A stretch of DNA of 64,000 nucleotides from contig CP065002.1 of NCBI GenBank assembly GCA_016700095.1, positions 240,463 to 304,462 on the forward strand, written 5' to 3'. The notes under the pieces were generated by a model. It was not told the DNA's origin and did not search any database. It worked only from the letters and a program-made list of their open reading frames with translations. Source of the DNA: Candidatus Woesebacteria bacterium (GTDB lineage Bacteria > Patescibacteriota > Microgenomatia > UBA8517). Each line of letters begins with the position of its first letter. Positions within the stretch are counted from its first letter, which is position 1. The position numbers were made by a program, and so were the translations under genes. Shown in pieces: positions 31,274 to 38,974 of the stretch.

Positions 31274-33436
31274 TTATTTGGAATTAATTACAAGTGTGTT
31301 TTGAGGATTAAGTAAACCTTTATTGTCATATGCAGTCCTATGCATTCCCACCGACTCCCAGATGTTTTTACCGCGAACTCGACGATATGTGTTATTCATT
31401 ACCTTAACCTTAGCGGGGTCTAGGAAATCTTCTGTTTTGTAAATCTTACCCGTTACCAAGTTTACTTCTTGCACAAGTGCGTCGAATGGTTTGTTTATCG
31501 CTTCTGCGCTGTCCCGTAAACCAAATTCGTTGTGTTTAGTACCATTTACCTCAAATACGTAGGTGTTTCCTCCAACGCCATTTTCTTTTTTATACTTTTG
31601 TTGCACCAGCTCCATAAACGCGCGTAAATTTCCAGACGTAATTTCGCGCATCAGCTTTTCAGGAGAATTGATGCCAACCTCAGCCAAGTAACCAGAGTTG
31701 TAAAGTTCAGCCAAAACATGTTGGTATTGCATTCGTTGAAACCTTTCTTCTGTGATTAATTCGGCACTTGGATTATTCAAACCGGATTTTAAAGCGATGT
31801 TGTCAAATGCAACTATTCCACCGTCCTTCACCACCATAATTGTTGTGCCATCACTTCCTTTTCGTAAGTTCCTCATGTACTCGTCTGAACCATCTCCTTT
31901 TATAACATCAGGCGTTTTATTCTGACCTCCAGTTATCCTTGAGGCATTTTCTAGAAATGCCCCATGTTGTGCATCTGATTGATAAAACATGCCGGCACGC
32001 GTAGTGCTGCTTAAAACTGAGAAACGTCCATTGATATTTGCCCCGTATCTTGAATTATCTGAATTATTTATAATGAATGCTGCCTCAAGCTCGTATCCTG
32101 GATCGATTTCCTTGTTTGCAAAACCATACGTATCTACTGTGGGTTCTTTGACTAAAACAGTTTGGATAACCAACTTTTTTGTTCTGTTTGAACTATTGAG
32201 ATCGTGCGTAGTGGCAAAGAAAAGGTGGTTGCCAGTTTCAGGTACATCAACACCGAGATCATCTAGATCAATATTATTTGTATCAACCGCACCAACCACC
32301 CCACGCATTGCACTTTCAAGATCTCTTGTTTCATAGACTTTTGCATCAACAAATCTGACTTTTTCTTCTACGACTATGCCATTTTGTATTTGCTGAACCT
32401 TAAACTCCATGTCATTAAGCGTGTTCATATTACCGCCTCTTTGGACAAAAACTTCCTCAAAGAAATAAAAGGGTAAAATATCAGTAGTTACTAAACCTGC
32501 GATACTTGTTTGCTGGCCTGAATGGGCAAGTAGAAAATTCGTATTCTTTCTATCGGTTGTTACAACACCTGTTAAATCGGGATGTTGATTATAACTATCA
32601 AATCTTTCGATTTGTTCGTGATCATCAGTTGCTATTCCACCAGATTGTAAGTTAAGACGCATGGAAACTTCACCAGTTTCTGAATTTATGGATGAATAGC
32701 GGGGATCTAAGTGTTTTTCTACCCACCCGGGTGTTTTATAAGTAGCTTCCAATATTTCTTTGGGGAAAACGATAGTAACATCTTCTTCCAGAGATATTTG
32801 TCCAATTCTTTTGTTGGGATTGGTTAACTTCTCCACATACTCTGGAGTGCTAGTTGGCTCTGGTTCATTTGCTGGAGTGCTAGTTGGCTCTGGTTCATTT
32901 GCTGGAGTGCTAGTTGGCTCTGGCTCATCAGTGGAGGTTGCAGTAGGTGTTGATTTATCGATTCCAGCTCCCGAACCGCTTCCTGAAACATGTGAATCGC
33001 GGTTATCGGGTCTATTTATATTTTGCTTTTGTGTATCCCCAAAGATTGCCCTTTTACCTTTTTTTATTTTATCATCAGCTGAGTTTACAATAATACTAGC
33101 TCCCACAAGTCCGGCAATTTTCAAAACATCACGCCTTGTTAACGCAAGTGGTCTATCGGATTGATAATTTTCATTTCGCTTACCTTTTTCGTCTTCTGAA
33201 ATATCAACTGTTACCTCACGTTTGGTGTAGGGAGATTTGTTTATTACAAGTTTATTATTTGGTTCTTCAGGTTTTTCTGCCATAGGAATTAACACCTCGC
33301 GTTGGGTGTATGGTGATAAATTAAGAAAACGTGTTTCATGTTCGCTCATATTAGTATAGCGTAAATAATTTATATGGAGATTTTGAAAGAAAGCAGATTG
33401 CCTAATTACTAACTGCAACCTGCTAACTACCATCAC
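31274..33436 (-). CDS. large secreted hypothetical protein with twin-arginine-like signal (TRRDVLKIAGLVGA) and PTSTPANEPE tandem repeats
   Basis: 36-bp perfect DNA repeats at about 32820-32930; N-terminal duplicated SPYT-REV motif. Confidence 0.55.
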   Translation of the reverse strand: MMVVSRLQLVIRQSAFFQNLHINYLRYTNMSEHETRFLNLSPYTQREVLIPMAEKPEEPNNKLVINKSPYTKREVTVDISEDEKGKRNENYQSDRPLALTRRDVLKIAGLVGASIIVNSADDKIKKGKRAIFGDTQKQNINRPDNRDSHVSGSGSGAGIDKSTPTATSTDEPEPTSTPANEPEPTSTPANEPEPTSTPEYVEKLTNPNKRIGQISLEEDVTIVFPKEILEATYKTPGWVEKHLDPRYSSINSETGEVSMRLNLQSGGIATDDHEQIERFDSYNQHPDLTGVVTTDRKNTNFLLAHSGQQTSIAGLVTTDILPFYFFEEVFVQRGGNMNTLNDMEFKVQQIQNGIVVEEKVRFVDAKVYETRDLESAMRGVVGAVDTNNIDLDDLGVDVPETGNHLFFATTHDLNSSNRTKKLVIQTVLVKEPTVDTYGFANKEIDPGYELEAAFIINNSDNSRYGANINGRFSVLSSTTRAGMFYQSDAQHGAFLENASRITGGQNKTPDVIKGDGSDEYMRNLRKGSDGTTIMVVKDGGIVAFDNIALKSGLNNPSAELITEERFQRMQYQHVLAELYNSGYLAEVGINSPEKLMREITSGNLRAFMELVQQKYKKENGVGGNTYVFEVNGTKHNEFGLRDSAEAINKPFDALVQEVNLVTGKIYKTEDFLDPAKVKVMNNTYRRVRGKNIWESVGMHRTAYDNKGLLNPQNTLVINSK

Positions 33437-33708
33437 CTATCTGCTAATTTCTAGTAATTATTCCCATCCAAGAAGTGAGTGTAAGAGCAGTACTCGTCTT
33501 TTTTGGCAACTAATTGCCAAAAGAGCCAAGTCCTGTTTGCCGGGCCCCACCCGGCACGCTTTAGAGGTTATTTTCTTACACCCACATCTTGAGCGGGAAG
33601 TATCTTTACTTGTGCAGGGTTGGACCCTGCAGACCAATTTTCATTTCCTCAAATAATTCACTTAAGAGATCAAAGTTGGTTAGTTTCCTGGATATAGAGA
33701 AAGGAATA

Positions 33709-33933
33709 CTAGAGGAGTTTTGCGAGTTCTTTGGTTGATATCCCAGCTTGTTTAAGAATCGCTCTTAATGTGCCTTGAGGAATCGGTTTCGCATGTACTG
33801 CTACTTGTGTCCATCTTCCGTCAGGATGTTTTAATCTTATGTGAGATCCTTTGCCGCCGACCTCCACAAAACCCAATTTAATTAATATTTTTATTAATCT
33901 CTTTGGTTTTATATTACGAGGTAGTTTGGGCAT
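33709..33933 (-). CDS. hicA: HicA-family mRNA interferase toxin
   Basis: 74 aa; KxxKRLIKILIKLGFVEV...GKGSHIRLKHP pattern of YcfA/HicA. Confidence 0.75.
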   Translation of the reverse strand: MPKLPRNIKPKRLIKILIKLGFVEVGGKGSHIRLKHPDGRWTQVAVHAKPIPQGTLRAILKQAGISTKELAKLL

Positions 33934-33959
33934 TTATTGACCAGATTATTAAGTTTTAC

Positions 33960-34235
33960 TTATGCGAAGGCGGCTTTGTATTTGGAAGGAATTTTCACCT
34001 TGGCAGAAGTAACTATTTGCTCTTCCACATTATCTATCGGTATTTCTTTTCCTTCTTTACCAAGTGTTTCAATTGCCAACTCTATTCCATCTTTTATGCT
34101 TTGCATAACTTCCTCAATACTATCTCCATAATCAGCTATACCCAAAGTGGGGCAATATGCATTGTAAACCTTATTGCCGTCAGGGTATTTTTCTGGTTCT
34201 ATGATAACTCTATAGTTAAGTACGCTCTTTTGCAT
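33960..34235 (-). CDS. hicB: HicB-family antitoxin (UPF0150-like)
   Basis: YRVIIEPE...GNKVYNAYCPTLG...GDSIEEVMQSIKDGIE pattern; adjacent to hicA. Confidence 0.6.
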   Translation of the reverse strand: MQKSVLNYRVIIEPEKYPDGNKVYNAYCPTLGIADYGDSIEEVMQSIKDGIELAIETLGKEGKEIPIDNVEEQIVTSAKVKIPSKYKAAFA

Positions 34236-35369
34236 ACTTAGGATTATATCATAGAGAATATATTAATTTTTTAACGTGCGATATCTTAAAAACAGCTCCC
34301 GTAATGGGATTAGAAATTAGGTAATTACCTAGTGCCTAGTTCCCATCTACCAACTACCATCTACTATCTACTAATTAGTTCCCATCTACTAACTACAAAC
34401 TACTATCTACTAATTTATAAACCAATTTTCAATTCTCAAACCATTTGCTTAAGAACTCAAAGTTGGTTTGCGCTGTCAATTTGTTGTGTCGTTCTCGAGT
34501 AAGTAGGGGGTCCGGCTTTCGCCGGTCTTCTTTTGCTAGCCGCGTGGCTAGCTACTCGGGAGCGACTGTCAATCGACAGCGCTTAAATAGTTAATCAAGT
34601 GTGTCCCACTTGCGTAATTGCTTAAAATTACGAAGTGAAAAATATCACTTATTAACTATCCCAAGGATAGGATCTTAAAAGATTCAAATAAGGTTACCCT
34701 TACTTAAAAAAATTAAAAATCTTTTCCCTTTCGAATCGGGTCTTAAGTTGTTCCGAAGAACAAGTGACTTAAGTTCCAATTCTTTTGGAGTTGAGATTAA
34801 AAAGTTTGGAGTTTAGGCGAACCTAAATCCTGATTTTCAATTCCCAATTCCGGGTGGTTTTCTAGTCGCCTAAGGCAACAGTCCTCAATAGTGAGAGGTT
34901 TTTCAAAAACCGGTTTTGTTGTTTTTTGTCCTAATGGACCCAGATTTGAACCTTAGTTCAAATTAACAACACTGGTTTCTTCTAGATTCTCTAAAGTGAG
35001 AAACAATTGCTTGTAGTAAGCAACTTTCGAAGAAGGGTAATTAAAAGATTGGTATTTTTTGTAATCGAGATTTCTCTCAACTACCAATACTTTTCTTTCA
35101 ACTACCGTTGATCCCTATCCTGAGACTGATTTATCTCAAGCTTTTAGCAGTGTTTTTCTCAATGCCGTCCGGCATAAGTTGAGAAAAAATAGGGTAGTGA
35201 ATGACAAATATCCGCGTTAGCACGATTAGCTAACCTCGCGTCCAACTAAGCTAGGCTTAGTTTACTGGTCTTTCCAGAAGGCAATAGCCTTAAGAATTAA
35301 CACCCAGAGGGAACGGACAACCTTACGGTCCAACTGTCTCACGACGTGAGACCGTAAGGATTTAAATAC

Positions 35370-36743
35370 CTAGTCTTCTCGGCCGCGCCATGCGCCAAAG
35401 GCCATCCCCAAGAGGATGGCTATGGGCGCGAGTGCGCACAACCATATAAGACTTGGCCCACTGCCGCCGGTCGAGGCACTTTTTAGGGTGCCAGGGGTGG
35501 AAACCAAAGGCGGCCGGCTGGGGGTGATGCTGACGGCGGGGGTGGGAGTGAGTTTGGTATCAGCGCATTGAGCGATGAAAACTACAGCGGGGTTACCCAC
35601 TTTTCCCGAGAATCGGTTGTTTTCGCTCTCAAAAAGAGGCGATAAAAACCAATTTTGAGGGAAGCTGTCACCTCCGCGGAACGCCTGCCCCTGACCAAGG
35701 GTTGACGTAACATTTGTTACAATCACACCCTCAGGGGGCAATTCCCATGTTCCCATGTATCCACTGCCGTCGGCCGTGTGCGGAAAGCCACCGAAATAGC
35801 TTCCAACGCCGATGGTTACGGTCATGGTTTCACCATGACCAGGCGTATATGACCCGTCAGGCCACTCACAGAAGTGATACCCTCTCAGGTACCCCTTAAT
35901 GATTCCCGGCGTGGGGCTGGGGGTGTTGGTGACCCACGGCGTTGCCGTTGTCGTCGGTGTTGGTGTAACCGTGCCAGGGGTGGGGGTGAAGGGCGATGTC
36001 GGTGTTGGCGTCACGGTCAATGTCGGTGTGAACGTTGGCGTCACGGTCAATGTCGGTGTGAACGTTGGCGTCACGGTCAATGTCGGTGTGAACGTTGGCG
36101 TCACGGTCAATGTCGGTGTGAACGTTGGCGTCACGGTCAATGTCGGTGTGAACGTTGGCGTCACGGTCAATGTCGGTGTGAACGTTGGCGTCACGGTCAA
36201 TGTCGGTGTGAACGTTGGCGTCACGGTCAATGTCGGTGTGAACGTTGGCGTCACGGTCAATGTCGGTGTGAACGTTGGTGTCCATGTGGGCGTGGGTTCG
36301 GGACAGTTTCCCTGAACTACTACTTGAACGCTTCCACCTGGGTTGGGAGATGTATCCACGTGATTAAATTCACAATGGACTTCTCCGCCCGGAGGTATTT
36401 GAAATCCAAAACTGTTTTGGTATGGGTCAACTGTTCCCAATAAACCCTCAAAACCGTTCGAGCAGGAGTAAGTTATTAACTCCCATTCGTCTGGTCCCGA
36501 CCATACGCTCTGTGTATTTACGTTTACCTCCATTGTTGATGTGTTGCTATCATTGACGATTGTGACATCGTCCGTGACTTGTTCACACCAATAACTGGGT
36601 GTTGTGTGCTCTGAGCACAGTATTGCACTTATCCAGTAGTAGTTTTGGGCTTGGATATTTGTGGCACTGCCACCTAACAACATTGTTGAAAACAATAGGA
36701 TCCCGAAGATCCATTTCGTGATTTTCGCTGTCTGTTTAGACAT
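35370..36743 (-). CDS. GC-rich secreted surface protein with 9-10 perfect TPTFTPTLTV repeats and C-terminal hydrophobic anchor plus RGRED tail
   Basis: signal peptide, 30-bp perfect DNA repeats, C-terminal TM. Confidence 0.6.
   Translation of the reverse strand: MSKQTAKITKWIFGILLFSTMLLGGSATNIQAQNYYWISAILCSEHTTPSYWCEQVTDDVTIVNDSNTSTMEVNVNTQSVWSGPDEWELITYSCSNGFEGLLGTVDPYQNSFGFQIPPGGEVHCEFNHVDTSPNPGGSVQVVVQGNCPEPTPTWTPTFTPTLTVTPTFTPTLTVTPTFTPTLTVTPTFTPTLTVTPTFTPTLTVTPTFTPTLTVTPTFTPTLTVTPTFTPTLTVTPTFTPTLTVTPTPTSPFTPTPGTVTPTPTTTATPWVTNTPSPTPGIIKGYLRGYHFCEWPDGSYTPGHGETMTVTIGVGSYFGGFPHTADGSGYMGTWELPPEGVIVTNVTSTLGQGQAFRGGDSFPQNWFLSPLFESENNRFSGKVGNPAVVFIAQCADTKLTPTPAVSITPSRPPLVSTPGTLKSASTGGSGPSLIWLCALAPIAILLGMAFGAWRGRED
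35995..36290. repeat. about 10 perfect tandem copies of a 30-bp unit (gtcaatgtcggtgtgaacgttggcgtcacg) inside the surface-protein gene
   Basis: direct reading. Confidence 0.9.
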
Positions 36744-37065
36744 GTTTAACCTCCGTTAAATGTTGCGAAATAAGAAAGAACTACTTCACTTACTTTTCCA
36801 AGCTCTTTACAAGCTAGGCGAGGGGAAGATCAAAACCCTCGGTGATTTCCGTTCACCCAGTCCCTTTAAGGACTCGAAGTAAAATTACTTTAGCTGGTGC
36901 ACTTATCATTCTCTTGATTAGTAAAGTATCAGACGCGTTTTTACGCTGACACATCAAGAGGCTTGGGCTGAGACCCAAACTTACAAACCAACTGTCCCTA
37001 TATTGAGGGAAATATGCAGTCAAGCGTTTGCTTGACGGTTAACTTTTCAAGTGTTTAAATGAACT

Positions 37066-37314
37066 ATGTCACTTACTAAAAAAGATTTAGATCTAATAAG
37101 ACAAGTTATTGACGATTCGATGAGAGATACGAATAATCCTCTCAAACTTGAACTTAAAGCCGATATACTTGATTTCAAACTTGAAATCTTGAAAGAAATC
37201 AAAGCACTTCGTGAAGAAGTGGCGGTGACAATTTCATATCGGGACATGATTGCTAAAAACGAGGAAGATATAAAGAAACTAATCAATATCCATCCTTCAT
37301 TTTCGCACACCTAA
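37066..37314 (+). CDS. hypothetical coiled-coil protein, paralog of 29376..29687
   Basis: see 29376. Confidence 0.4.
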   Translation: MSLTKKDLDLIRQVIDDSMRDTNNPLKLELKADILDFKLEILKEIKALREEVAVTISYRDMIAKNEEDIKKLINIHPSFSHT

Positions 37315-37570
37315 AATTTTGCATATTTCCCCCAATAAGGGTAAGTAGTAACTTTCTTAAGTTACACCCTTTTGCCTTAACCCTCGATTTATTAATCGGG
37401 GTTTGCCGTATGTCCATCCACAACTAATGCAATTTGGATAAATCCAATAAAGGATTTGTCCTCCTACGCAATGAGCTACGGAAGGACTGCACTCCGATTA
37501 TTATCGGAGTTTGCCATTCACTAAGTTTTTAAAGAGCTAGCGGTAACTTGTACCTTTCTCTATTAGTAAT

Positions 37571-37624
37571 CTGTAATTGGCAGCTCGCGTTGGTTAAATT
37601 TAACTTTGGCCAACTGCCACTTAC
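37571..37624 (+). repeat. exact 54-bp direct repeat, copy 1 (ctgtaattggcagctcgcgttggttaaatttaactttggccaactgccacttac)
   Basis: identical copy at 38151-38204. Confidence 0.9.
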
Positions 37625-37802
37625 TGATTACTAATGTCAGGAATTAGGCACTAGGTAGTTAGATAATTACCTAATTCCTAAACTGATCCAGTATCCTATA
37701 TTGCGTACCTGCACAAATGTCGTTTGAGCGTTAGTTGTCTGCCAGTTATGTGACCTTCTGACGCAACAAACAACAAACAACAAACAACAATCAACTGTCA
37801 AC

Positions 37803-37935
37803 TTGTAACAAGTAACCTGTAACAAATAGTAAATAACCTGTAACAAGTAACTAGTAACAAGTAACTAGTAACAAGTAACTAGTAACAAATAACTAGTAAC
37901 AAATAACCTGTAACAAATAACCTGTAACCATTAAC
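37803..37935. repeat. about 9 tandem 14-bp units (taacaagtaactag / taacaaataacctg) preceded by an aacaaac microsatellite
   Basis: direct reading. Confidence 0.85.
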
Positions 37936-38150
37936 CGATAACTGGTAACTTGTTACCATTAATTATTAGTTTTTCGAACCTTATGAGTTTCGGTGATACA
38001 CCCATCAAGACTGTTGTCATGCACGCTTCCTTGTCATTCCCGCGGAAGCGGGAATCCAGCCTAGATCCCATAGATCCCCGATCAGGTCGGGGATGACAAA
38101 ATATGAAACTTGTGTACCCGATACTTTTTTACTTTTGCACTTTTAGCACC

Positions 38151-38204
38151 CTGTAATTGGCAGCTCGCGTTGGTTAAATTTAACTTTGGCCAACTGCCAC
38201 TTAC
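38151..38204 (+). repeat. exact 54-bp direct repeat, copy 2
   Basis: identical to 37571-37624. Confidence 0.9.
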
Positions 38205-38974
38205 AGACGGCTAATATCCTAACAAGATATCGAATATCGAATATCGAATATCTAACACCTGCTATAGACATATGCTACTTGCTTTTCAATTACCCCAAAT
38301 GTCTTTTGGTTGCCAATTGCTCGACAAATAGGTGACAGACGGGCTCTATCGGGCTTTTATTGCCTTTGTTTGATTTGCATACCCAGCTTACGGCTAAGTA
38401 TCAAATTCAATTTCTTGGCTTCTTGGCAGACAGGTCAGTCGAACTCACAAGTCGTGTTTCAACCAATCTGCCTGCCCAAAAGCCAAGGCTGTAGTTAGTG
38501 ATATTTTTCGACCTTCAAACGCAAAAAACCACACCTTAGAGTGTGGTTAAACTATATGCAAACTATTAAAGCCAAACCCGAGTACCTACCCGCAGTTTAA
38601 GCAGTATTCTCCCTTTAGCTTTTTTTCCTTCTAATAAATAAAAAGTATTAAGGCTTAAAAAGCTTATAAAGGAGTAAAAAAATAGTTTGCACAAGATCTG
38701 CCGTTTGACAAGATCAATTAATTTCCTCTAAAGCTACCTAGATTTCTCTAAGTGTTGGCAGTCTATCAAAGAGAGTGATAATTGTCAAGAGGGGAAATAA
38801 AGTAGCAAGTAGCAAGTAGCAAGTAGGTGGTAGATGGGTAGGAATTGAGTAAATACTAATTCCTAAACTCTAATTTCCTAAAAACAACCCCGGGGGTTGG
38901 AATAGCCTCAATCTAACCCCCGGGGTTGGAATTTGAAAACTTGGAAACTAATTCATTGCCTCTGTGAGGTATGG

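Noticed and set aside
31989-33164. Plus-strand ORFs 31989..32336 and 32760..33164
   Set aside because: They are antisense within the 720-aa minus-strand gene. The repetitive VGSGSFAGVL translation is just the reverse complement of that gene's PT/PE repeat region.
35874-36443. Plus-strand ORFs with CRCERWRHGQ and VGVNVGVTVN repeats
   Set aside because: They are frames of the same 30-bp DNA repeat that encodes TPTFTPTLTV on the minus strand. The minus-strand gene has a signal peptide and a coherent domain structure, so it is the real one.
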